Source: a bacterium (lineage in GTDB: Bacteria; Methylomirabilota; Methylomirabilia; Methylomirabilales; 2-02-FULL-66-22). Taken from it: a DNA stretch of 64,000 nucleotides. Location of the stretch: NCBI GenBank assembly GCA_029580855.1, contig JAKPQH010000181.1:16897-80896 (forward strand), written 5' to 3'. The notes beneath the pieces were generated by a model. That model was not told where the DNA came from. It made no database searches and saw only the letters and a list, made by a program, of their open reading frames with translations. This document shows, piece by piece, positions 9,416 to 17,752 of the stretch. Position numbers and translations under genes: made by a program. Position 1 is the first letter of the stretch, and every line of letters starts with the position of its first letter.

Positions 9416-10459
9416 ATGGCGGGGACGATGAAGGCCCTGGTCAAGAGCCGGCGCGAAGCCGGGCTGTGGATGGAAGAGGTGCCCATCCCCGAGCCCGGCA
9501 TCAACGATGTCCTGATCCGCGTCCTGAAGACCGGCATCTGCGGCACGGATCTGCACATCTACCACTGGGACGCCTGGGCGCAGCAGACCATCCCCGTGCC
9601 CTTGGTGGTGGGCCACGAGTTCGTGGGGCGGGTGGAGCGGGTGGGCAGCAACGTCGCCGGCTTCCGGCCGGGGGACCTGGTCAGCGGCGAAGGACACCTG
9701 GTCTGCGGGCGCTGCCGCAACTGCATGGCCGGCCGGCGGCACCTCTGCCCCCACACGCAGGGTGTGGGCGTCAACCGGCCCGGCGCCTTCGCGGACTATC
9801 TCTGTATCCCCATGACCAACGTCTGGGGCGCGGATCCGCACATCCCGCTGGACATCCTGGCCTGCTTTGATCCCCTGGGGAACGCCGTGCACACCGCGCT
9901 GAGCTTCGACGTGCTGGGGGAGGACGTGCTGATCACGGGCGCGGGGCCCATCGGCTTGATGGCGACCGCCGTGGTGCGGCACGCGGGCGCGCGCTATGTG
10001 GTCGTCACCGACCCGAACCCCTGGCGCCTCGACCTCGCCCGGCGCCTGGGGGCCACCCGGACACTGGACCCGCGCCACGGCGCGCTGGCCGAGGTGCAGA
10101 ACGCCCTACGCATGAAGGAGGGCTTCGATGTGGGGCTGGAGATGTCGGGGAGCGAGGCCGCCCTGGAGGATCTGCTGGCCAACATGTGCCACGGCGGCCG
10201 GGTCGCCCTCCTGGGGATCCCCGAGCGGGCGACGCCCGTGAACTGGAACCTGATCATCTTCAACGGCCTGACCATCAAAGGGATCTACGGCCGCGAGATG
10301 TACGAGACCTGGTACAAGATGACCGTCATGATCCAGGGCGGCCTGGACATCTCGCCCGTGATCACGCACCGGTTTCCCGCAGACGCCTACGCCGAGGCGT
10401 TCGCGGTGGCCCGGTCGGGGCAGGCCGCCAAGGTCGTCCTGACGTGGAGCGAGGGGTAA
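9416..10459 (+). CDS. tdh: L-threonine 3-dehydrogenase
   Basis: Zinc-ADH fold with [16 protein letters not shown] and [21 protein letters not shown]. It has Tdh-like length (347 aa) and sits directly upstream of kbl. A GGAGGGGA RBS precedes the ATG. Confidence 0.95.
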   Translation: MAGTMKALVKSRREAGLWMEEVPIPEPGINDVLIRVLKTGICGTDLHIYHWDAWAQQTIPVPLVVGHEFVGRVERVGSNVAGFRPGDLVSGEGHLVCGRCRNCMAGRRHLCPHTQGVGVNRPGAFADYLCIPMTNVWGADPHIPLDILACFDPLGNAVHTALSFDVLGEDVLITGAGPIGLMATAVVRHAGARYVVVTDPNPWRLDLARRLGATRTLDPRHGALAEVQNALRMKEGFDVGLEMSGSEAALEDLLANMCHGGRVALLGIPERATPVNWNLIIFNGLTIKGIYGREMYETWYKMTVMIQGGLDISPVITHRFPADAYAEAFAVARSGQAAKVVLTWSEG

Positions 10460-10462
10460 GCC

Positions 10463-11644
10463 ATGCTCGGATCGCTGCGCGCGCATCTCGTCTCGCAGTT
10501 GGACGCCATCCGCGCCGAGGGCCTGTGGAAGGAGGAGCGCCTCCTGGCGAGCCCCCAGGGGCCCCGGATCGCCGTTCAGGGCCGACAGGTGCTGAATCTG
10601 TGCGCCAACAATTACCTGGGCCTGGCCGACCACCCGGAGATCGTCGCCGCCGCGCAAGCGGGGCTGGCCCGCTGGGGCTACGGGCTCTCGTCGGTGCGGT
10701 TCATCTGCGGGACGCAGGAGATCCACAAAGCGCTGGAGCGGCGGTTGAGCGACTTTCTGGGCACCGAGGACACCATCCTGTACTCGTCCTGCTTTGACGC
10801 CAACGGCGGGCTCTTCGAGGCGCTGCTCGGCGAGGAGGACGCCATCGTCAGCGACGAGCTGAATCACGCCAGTATCATCGACGGCGTGCGCCTCTGCCGG
10901 GCCCGGCGCTTCCGGTACAAGAACGGCGACCTCGCCGACCTGGCGGCGCGCCTGGCGGACGCGCGCGGCGCACGGTTCCGCGCCATCGCCACCGACGGTG
11001 TCTTCTCCATGGACGGCACCACGGCGCCGCTGGCCGGGATCTGCGATCTGGCGGAGCGCCACGAGGCCCTGGTCATGGTCGACGACTCGCACGCGACGGG
11101 CTTCGTGGGACCGAACGGACGCGGGACCCACGAGCAGGCGGGCGTCATGGGTCGCGTGGACGTGCTCACCGGAACGCTGGGGAAGGCGCTGGGGGGAGCC
11201 AGCGGCGGGTACGCCAGCGGCCGGCGCGAGATCATCGAGCTCCTGCGCCAGCGCTCGCGTCCCTACCTGTTCTCCAACACCGTCCCGCCCGCGGTCCTGG
11301 CGGGGGCGCTCAAGGCCATGGACCTGGTCGAGCGCCAACCGGCGCTGCGCGCGCGTTTGTGGGAGAACACGCGGTACTTCCGCGCCGGTATCGCGGCCTG
11401 CGGTTTCACGGTGGCGCCGGGCGACCACCCCATCGTTCCCATCATGATCGGCGACGCGGTGCTGGCGCACCGTATGGCGGCGCGCCTGCTGGAGAAAGGC
11501 GTCTACGTGGTCGGGTTCGCGTATCCCGTGGTCCCCAAGGGGAAGGCCCGAATCCGCGTCCAGATGAGCGCCGCACTGGTGCGCGAGGATCTGGACCTGG
11601 CGCTCCGCGCCTTTGCCGAGGTGCGAACCGAACTGGCGACCTAG
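10463..11644 (+). CDS. kbl: glycine C-acetyltransferase (2-amino-3-ketobutyrate CoA ligase)
   Basis: 393-aa PLP enzyme with [26 protein letters not shown] and TLGKALGG. It forms the canonical tdh-kbl pairing. Confidence 0.95.
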   Translation: MLGSLRAHLVSQLDAIRAEGLWKEERLLASPQGPRIAVQGRQVLNLCANNYLGLADHPEIVAAAQAGLARWGYGLSSVRFICGTQEIHKALERRLSDFLGTEDTILYSSCFDANGGLFEALLGEEDAIVSDELNHASIIDGVRLCRARRFRYKNGDLADLAARLADARGARFRAIATDGVFSMDGTTAPLAGICDLAERHEALVMVDDSHATGFVGPNGRGTHEQAGVMGRVDVLTGTLGKALGGASGGYASGRREIIELLRQRSRPYLFSNTVPPAVLAGALKAMDLVERQPALRARLWENTRYFRAGIAACGFTVAPGDHPIVPIMIGDAVLAHRMAARLLEKGVYVVGFAYPVVPKGKARIRVQMSAALVREDLDLALRAFAEVRTELAT

Positions 11645-11657
11645 GAGGAGAAGCCCG

Positions 11658-12803
11658 ATGACAGCGATGACCTCGCGGGAGCGGGTCCTGGCCGCGCTCT
11701 CGCACACGCAGCCGGACCGCGTGCCGCTGGACCTGGGGGGGACGCGGAACTCCACGATGGTGCTGGAAGGGTACGAGCGGGTGTTGCGGCACTTCGGCCT
11801 GGCCGGCGAGCCCAGGATGGTCGAACGGATGATGCGGGTGGTGGCGATCGACGAGGAGGTGCTGGCGCGGCTTCAGATCGACACGCGGGCGGTTTTCCCG
11901 GGGGGAGCTACGCGGGGGCTGGCGGCGGATCTGGGGCCGCGCCGCTACCGCGATATGTGGGGTGTGGAGCGCGTCCAACCCGACGGCAGCTATTACTACG
12001 ACCTCGTCGGGTCGCCGCTCGCCGGGGATATCGACCTACAGACCATCCTGCGCCACCCGTGGCCCGACCCTGACGATCCCGGCTTCACCACGGGGCTCGC
12101 CGACCGCGTCCGCTGGATCAAAGCGCATACGAGCGCGGCCTCGGTCCTGGCGTTGCCCCCCGCCTTTGTGCACATCAGCCAGTATCTGCGGGGCTTCGAG
12201 GACTGGTTCTGCGACTTCGTGGCGGCGCCCAAGCGTCTGGAGGCGCTCTTCGACGCCATCCTGGATGTCACCATGGCGATCGCCACGCGCCAGCTGCAAA
12301 CGGTCGGGCGCGACGTGGACGTCGTGCTCACCTCGGACGACCTGGGCTCCCAGAATGCGCTCCTGGTGAGCCGGGAGCACTACCTCAAGTTCATCAAGCC
12401 GCGGCAGCAGCGGTTCTTCCGGCGGATCAAGGACCTCACACCGGCCAAGGTGGTCTTTCATTCGTGCGGCGCGGTGGCGTCGATCATCGACGACTTGATC
12501 GAGATGGGCGTGGACGGCCTGAATCCCGTCCAACCGCAAGCGGGCGGGATGAACCCGGCAGACCTGAAGCGGAGATATCGCGGGCGAATGGCCTTCTGGG
12601 GAGGCACGGACTCGCAGAACATCGTCCCGCGCGGAAGCGTGGCCGATGTACAGCGGATGGTCGAGCGGCTGATCGAGGACATGGGCGAGGGGGGCGGGTA
12701 CATCTTCTCGAACTGCCACAACATCCAGCCCGACGTGCCGGTCGGCAACGTCCTGGCGATGTTCCAGCACGCGCGCGAGTACGTGCCATCCTGGGCGCGG
12801 TAG
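11658..12803 (+). CDS. uroporphyrinogen decarboxylase (URO-D) family protein, MtaA/CmuA-like
   Basis: ATG at 11658 with an AGGAGG RBS. The product (MTAMTSRERVLAALSHTQPDRVPLD...HSCGAV...GVDGLNPVQP...FWGG...GGGYIFSNCHNIQPDVP) fits the URO-D-like methyltransferase/decarboxylase family. Confidence 0.8.
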   Translation: MTAMTSRERVLAALSHTQPDRVPLDLGGTRNSTMVLEGYERVLRHFGLAGEPRMVERMMRVVAIDEEVLARLQIDTRAVFPGGATRGLAADLGPRRYRDMWGVERVQPDGSYYYDLVGSPLAGDIDLQTILRHPWPDPDDPGFTTGLADRVRWIKAHTSAASVLALPPAFVHISQYLRGFEDWFCDFVAAPKRLEALFDAILDVTMAIATRQLQTVGRDVDVVLTSDDLGSQNALLVSREHYLKFIKPRQQRFFRRIKDLTPAKVVFHSCGAVASIIDDLIEMGVDGLNPVQPQAGGMNPADLKRRYRGRMAFWGGTDSQNIVPRGSVADVQRMVERLIEDMGEGGGYIFSNCHNIQPDVPVGNVLAMFQHAREYVPSWAR

Positions 12804-12924
12804 GCCGCGGGGCCCGGGCGCCGCGCTCCGCCCACGGCCGGAGAGGATCCGTATCCTGCGCCGGTTCGCCGCGCGCCCGGTGCGTTCCGCGCGCGCGACA
12901 CGACGCGGCTCGGAGGAGAGCCCG

Positions 12925-13527
12925 ATGACCACACGGATACGTGCGGCGATCCCCATGGGAGCCTTGGTACTGATCCTGTCCGGCTGCGCCGCGACGACCC
13001 TCGAGATGACCTGGCGGGATCCCACCTACGAGGGGCGGCCGTTCGCCAAGGTCCTGGTGGTCGGGTCCACGGACCATGCCGACACCCGGCGCGTCTTCGA
13101 GGATGTCCTCGTCGGGGAGCTCAGGGCCGGGGGTGTGGAGGCGGTGGCAAGCCACACGCTGATCCCGGGCGGGGCGGACATCAAGCGGGATGAGGTCGTC
13201 GAAGCGGTCACACGGTCCGGCGCCGACAGCGTCCTGACCACGCGGCTGGTCGGGATCGAAACGAAGTCCGCGCAGGTTGCGGTTCAAGCGCCGGGCCCGG
13301 GAGACATGGACCTGTACCGCTACTATTCGCCGATGATGGAGCCCCAGACGACCATGCGGCAGGACTACCGGGTGGCGAACCTGGAGAGCAATCTGTTCGA
13401 CGCCCGGACGGGAAAGATGGCGTGGTGGGGACGAAGCCAAGCGTTTCCGACGACGAACATCGGGCGGATCAGCCGGGAACTCGGCCGGAACGTCATCAGG
13501 GCCCTGAAGTCCGATAAACTTTTGTAG
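12925..13527 (+). CDS. putative lipoprotein
   Basis: The signal peptide has lipobox LILSGC after MTTRIRAAIPMGALV, and GGAGGAG lies upstream of the ATG at 12925. I could not assign a family. Confidence 0.7.
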   Translation: MTTRIRAAIPMGALVLILSGCAATTLEMTWRDPTYEGRPFAKVLVVGSTDHADTRRVFEDVLVGELRAGGVEAVASHTLIPGGADIKRDEVVEAVTRSGADSVLTTRLVGIETKSAQVAVQAPGPGDMDLYRYYSPMMEPQTTMRQDYRVANLESNLFDARTGKMAWWGRSQAFPTTNIGRISRELGRNVIRALKSDKLL

Positions 13528-13564
13528 CCGCCGTCGCGAGTGCCGAATCCCATCCGGAGAATGC

Positions 13565-13613
13565 CCGGGCCAGGGGCGGGCGGGCGCTCGACGCGTGCCC
13601 GCCCCTGGCCCGG
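13565..13613. terminator. bidirectional GC-rich hairpin between convergent genes
   Basis: A perfect 17-bp inverted repeat, CCGGGCCAGGGGCGGGC (13565-13581) / GCCCGCCCCTGGCCCGG (13597-13613), lies between the lipoprotein stop and the gnd stop. There is no clear U-tract. Confidence 0.5.
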
Positions 13614-13623
13614 AGCGCTGCGC

Positions 13624-15090
13624 CTACCCCTTTTTCCACACGGTCGACGTGACGTCCCCGCCGCGCCCCGTCCAGTTGGTGTGGAAGTACTGCCCGCGCG
13701 GCCGGTCCACCCGCTGGTACGTGTGCGCGCCGAAGTAGTCGCGCTGCGCCTGGAGCAGATTCGCCGGGAGCGCATCGCGCCGATATCCGTCGTAGAACGC
13801 GAGGGCGCTGGACATAGCGGGTACGGGGATGCCCCGCTGGACCGCCTTGGCCACGGTACGCCGCCACGCGCCCTGCGTCTTCGCCATCTGCTCGTTGAAG
13901 TAGGGGTCGAGCAGGAGATTGGTCAGGGCCGCGTTCTTGTCAAAGGCGTCCTTGATCTTGCCCAGGAACACGGATCGGATGATGCAGCCGCCCCGCCACA
14001 TCAACGCGATGCCGCCGTAGTTGAGGTTCCACTTGTACTCCTTGGCGGCGGCCCGCATCAGCATATAGCCCTGCGTGTAGGAGATGATCTTGGAGGCGTA
14101 GACCGCCGCTTCGAGGTCTGCGACGAACTTCGCCTTGTCGCCCGCCAGCGCGGACTTCGGGCCGGCGAGCACCCGAGAGGCCGCGACCCGCTCCTCCTTC
14201 AGGGCCGACAGCGCCCGCCCGAATACCGCTTCGGCGATCATGGTGAGCGGGATACCCATGTCCAGAGCCGAGATGCCCGTCCATTTCCCGGTGCCCTTCT
14301 GTTCGGCGGTATCCAGGATTTTGTCCACCAGCGGCTTGCCGTCGGTGTCCTTGAAGCCGAGAATGTCCCGCGTGATCTCGATCAGGTAGGAGTCGAGCTT
14401 GCCCTGGTTCCACTTGGCGAAGACCTTGTGCATCTCGCCGGCCTTCATACCGAAGCCGGTGCGCATCAGGTCGTAGGCCTCGCAGATCAGCTGCATGTCC
14501 CCATACTCGATGCCGTTGTGGACCATCTTCACGTAGTGCCCGGCGCCGTTTTCCCCCACCCAGTCGCAGCAGGGCTCCTCCCCCCCGTCGGGGCGCTTGA
14601 CCTTGGCGGCGATGGCCTGGAAGATGGGCTTGACGTGCGGCCAAGCCGCGGGCGACCCACCGGGCATGATGGACGGGCCCGTACGGGCGCCTTCCTCGCC
14701 GCCCGAGACGCCGGTGCCGATGTACAGGAGCCCCTTGGCTTCGACCGAGGCCGTCCGGCGGATGGTGTCGTTGTAGTTGGAGTTGCCGCCGTCGATGATG
14801 ACGTCGCCGGGCGCGAGGTGCGGGACCAGCAGCTCGATGAACTCGTCCACCGGCTTGCCGCTCTGCACCATGAGCATGATCCGGCGGGGCGGCTTGAGCG
14901 CGGCGACGAGCTCCTCGACGGTGTGCGCGCCGACGATCCGGGTTCCTTTGGCCTCCTTGGCCAGGAAGTCGTCCACCTTGGACACGGTGCGGTTGAACAC
15001 CGCCACCGTGAACCCGTGGTCATTCATGTTCAGGGCGAGGTTCTGGCCCATGACCGCCAGACCGATCAGGCCGATGTCCGCGTTGCGCAT
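13624..15090 (-). CDS. gnd: 6-phosphogluconate dehydrogenase, decarboxylating
   Basis: 488 aa: IGLIGLAVMGQNLALN, IIDGGNS, GTGVSGGEEGAR.GPSIMPGG, GHYVKMVHNGIEYGDMQ. Confidence 0.95.
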   Translation of the reverse strand: MRNADIGLIGLAVMGQNLALNMNDHGFTVAVFNRTVSKVDDFLAKEAKGTRIVGAHTVEELVAALKPPRRIMLMVQSGKPVDEFIELLVPHLAPGDVIIDGGNSNYNDTIRRTASVEAKGLLYIGTGVSGGEEGARTGPSIMPGGSPAAWPHVKPIFQAIAAKVKRPDGGEEPCCDWVGENGAGHYVKMVHNGIEYGDMQLICEAYDLMRTGFGMKAGEMHKVFAKWNQGKLDSYLIEITRDILGFKDTDGKPLVDKILDTAEQKGTGKWTGISALDMGIPLTMIAEAVFGRALSALKEERVAASRVLAGPKSALAGDKAKFVADLEAAVYASKIISYTQGYMLMRAAAKEYKWNLNYGGIALMWRGGCIIRSVFLGKIKDAFDKNAALTNLLLDPYFNEQMAKTQGAWRRTVAKAVQRGIPVPAMSSALAFYDGYRRDALPANLLQAQRDYFGAHTYQRVDRPRGQYFHTNWTGRGGDVTSTVWKKG

Positions 15091-15172
15091 GATGTGTTCC
15101 TTTCCTGTGGGCTTCCGGTCTGCCCGCTCCGCAGCAGGCGGGCGTCTCTGGTGCCGGCGTTTTCCGCGGCCG

Positions 15173-16069
15173 TCACTTCTTCCAGGGCGGCACGCTGGGC
15201 AGGAGCTGTTCGAACTCCGCGATGAGCGCCGCCTCGTACGCCCCGGCGTACGTGCCGGCGGTGAACCTGGCCAGCCCCTCTCGGTAAAAGCGCTCCCACG
15301 ACGTGTCTTCGTGGCCCGGGTTGATGGGGAAGAAGAGCGTCCCGTTGGCTCTGGCCGCCTCCAGGTCGCCCGGCGCGTCGCCCATCATCAGGATGCGATC
15401 CGGAGGATATTTCCCCTTGGCGGCGAGCGCCAGGTGCTGTTTCTTGGAGCCCATCTCCTGACCGGCGATGATGCGCGCATATTTGGCGATGTCGTGCTCT
15501 TCCCATTCGCGGACGAGGGCCTCGGTGGGCGTGGCGGATACGACGACGACGTCCGCTTTGCCCTGCAAAGCCTGCAGGCTCTCGCGCATAAACGGGAACG
15601 GGGGGACGCCGTACACCATGTCGGCGATGGACGCGTTGACCGCCTTGCTCCAGTCGAGCGCCTTGTCCAGCTCGGGATGCGGGTGCTCCGCCATGTAGGC
15701 CTTCAAGCCGGCATCGCTGAGCGGCTGCCCGGACGCCATGAACGCCTTGAGCTCTTTGGCCTCGGTGATCGGGGCGCGGCGCGCGACGACCTCGGGGCGC
15801 TCGCGCAGCAGGTCCAAGACCATGACCAGCGCGGGCCAGCGGTTGATGCCGCGCCACTTGCTGTACAGGTTGACGAACTCGGCGGCCTCCCGGGCGTATT
15901 TGGACACCGCCTGGAGGTCCCACCACTTGATGATGTTGGGGCAAAAGCACTCCTTGTGCTTGATCTCCATCGAGTCGAAGGCGCAGCCGTCCGAGTCGAT
16001 CCCGACGAAAAACGGCTGTCGCGGCTGCAGGTCCGCCAGGGGCTTGGCCGCGGGAGGGTAGCTGGACAT
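15173..16069 (-). CDS. HAD superfamily hydrolase
   Basis: Motif I is FVGIDSDGCAFD, and later motifs are VVVVSATP and MMGDAPGDLEAA. GAGGAG RBS upstream. Confidence 0.85.
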   Translation of the reverse strand: MSSYPPAAKPLADLQPRQPFFVGIDSDGCAFDSMEIKHKECFCPNIIKWWDLQAVSKYAREAAEFVNLYSKWRGINRWPALVMVLDLLRERPEVVARRAPITEAKELKAFMASGQPLSDAGLKAYMAEHPHPELDKALDWSKAVNASIADMVYGVPPFPFMRESLQALQGKADVVVVSATPTEALVREWEEHDIAKYARIIAGQEMGSKKQHLALAAKGKYPPDRILMMGDAPGDLEAARANGTLFFPINPGHEDTSWERFYREGLARFTAGTYAGAYEAALIAEFEQLLPSVPPWKK

Positions 16070-16213
16070 GTGGGCGTCTCCTCATGGCTGTCGACGGGTG
16101 CATGGAGGTGAAGCGAGACGTTCGGCACACCTACGCCGGCTATGCCCGAACATGCCGCAAGGCCGCCCCCGATGTCAAGGGGAAAGCGGCCGCCGCCAAA
16201 GGAAACGAGACAA

Positions 16214-16291
16214 CCACAGATTACACAGATTTCGCAGATTCAACGGGTGGGTCCCGGACCAGATCAACTGCGTCATCGGTGAAATCTGTGG
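16214..16291. repeat. palindromic REP/MITE-like element, copy A (9-bp CACAGATT sub-repeats)
   Basis: The left arm is CCACAGATTA CACAGATTT CGCAGATTC. The right arm is ACTGCGTCATCGGTGAAATCTGTGG, whose reverse complement is CCACAGATTTCACCGATGACGCAGT. The centre carries a GGTCC/GGACC mini-palindrome. A related copy lies at 37603-37671. Confidence 0.6.
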
Positions 16292-16329
16292 TTTCCGGGG
16301 TCCATCTTTCCCTCTTGGCAATTCTCGCC

Positions 16330-17520
16330 TCAGCGCGTCCCCAGGCGGAGCAGACGCGCCGCCAGACCCGCCGACACCCGGATCGCCCCTTCGGGACACA
16401 TCTCCTGGCAGCAGAAGCAGGCGATGCATTGCGCTCGGTCGACGACCACCGGCGGCCCCGCGGCGGCGCCGTCGGGATTGAGCGCGATGGCATGCGCCGC
16501 GCACGCGCGGACGCATTCGCCGCACGCGATGCACGCGCCGCGGTCGATCTCGGGGCGGAGGGTCATCAGGCGCTCCAGGAGGGTGGACAGCCACGCCGGG
16601 CCGCCGAATCCGCGCAGCGGGGCGGGGCGCGCCAGACGCCAGGCCGGGCGGGGGCGCAGTTCGTCGCGCGATGCGCCGACGGTCTCGATCCGATCGAAGG
16701 GGGGGAGCAGGCCGAGGTCCCGGGCAACCGCCAGCGTGAACACGTGGTGCGGCGCCAGGCCCCAGAGATCGGCCAGGACCGCATCCAGGGCATGGGCATC
16801 CGCAGAGGCCAGGAGAAAGCCCAGGGGGCGCGGATCGCCGGCGCTGGGGCCGTTCCCCTCCATCCCGACGACCGCGTCCAGGATGGACAGACGCGGCGCC
16901 ACCAGCCCGTGGACGTGCACCAAAAGGCGGGCGAAGTCCTCGGGGTTCCGGCCCGCGCGGAAGTGCCACTGCGCCTTCTCCATGCCGACGACGGCGCCGA
17001 AGGTGTTCTTGACCGCCGCGGTCATCACCATCTGGCCGTGGGTCTTGGCTTTCGGGAGGTTGATGACGAGGTCCGCGTCCAAGAGCCGCGTCACGAGTCT
17101 GACGCGGTGGAACGGCGCGCCTGGAGGCGCCACGTCGGTCCCCTGGTCCGCATCCGTCACCGTCAAGAGGCGGCCATCGTCGAGGCCCAAGCGCCGCATA
17201 CACCGGGTGGCGGTCCCCACTCCCGGGCTGTCCGTCGCCTCGACCAGCCGGGCCCCCGCCTCGCGCGCCAGCCGCGCGACGGCCCGGATGATCTCCGGGT
17301 GGGTGCAGATGGCGCGCTCGGGTGCGCTGGGCATGAGCAGGTTGGGCTTGAGGACCACCCGCGCCCCGGGTGTCACAAAGGCGCTCATGCCGCCCAGCGG
17401 CGCGAGCACCGCGCGCAGGGCCTGCTCGACCGCCGCCGGCTCGTACGTGGCGAGCCGCTGCAGGGAGACCCGCGGTCTGGCGGCGGCCGCCGACGGGAGG
17501 ATTCCGCTGGGCTGGGCCAT
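16330..17520 (-). CDS. DUF362 domain protein with C-terminal 2x[4Fe-4S] ferredoxin domain
   Basis: ...VVLKPNLLM...INLPKAKTHGQMVMTAAVKNTFG...ILDAVVGMEGNGP... is the DUF362 pattern. The C-terminus carries CIACGECVRAC and CIACFCCQEMCP. The ATG at 17520 (MAQPSGIL) is preferred over the upstream track start. Confidence 0.85.
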   Translation of the reverse strand: MAQPSGILPSAAAARPRVSLQRLATYEPAAVEQALRAVLAPLGGMSAFVTPGARVVLKPNLLMPSAPERAICTHPEIIRAVARLAREAGARLVEATDSPGVGTATRCMRRLGLDDGRLLTVTDADQGTDVAPPGAPFHRVRLVTRLLDADLVINLPKAKTHGQMVMTAAVKNTFGAVVGMEKAQWHFRAGRNPEDFARLLVHVHGLVAPRLSILDAVVGMEGNGPSAGDPRPLGFLLASADAHALDAVLADLWGLAPHHVFTLAVARDLGLLPPFDRIETVGASRDELRPRPAWRLARPAPLRGFGGPAWLSTLLERLMTLRPEIDRGACIACGECVRACAAHAIALNPDGAAAGPPVVVDRAQCIACFCCQEMCPEGAIRVSAGLAARLLRLGTR

Positions 17521-17752
17521 AACCCCTCGGCACGCCGAGAATGCGCCGCAGGAAAGACGGGGCACCGACGTGATAACGCTCACAATACCATTCCGCGGCC
17601 CCGGGGACAACCGTGCGGCGGGGCGGACCGCGTCCCTGGGGCCGCGGAGCCGCGCCCCGCCGGGTCCTGCGGGGCGCACAAAGGATTTGCCTAATCCCCC
17701 GGGTATCGCGTACTCTTTCGGCCGGGTCGTCGCGGACGAAGGGGGTTGCAGA

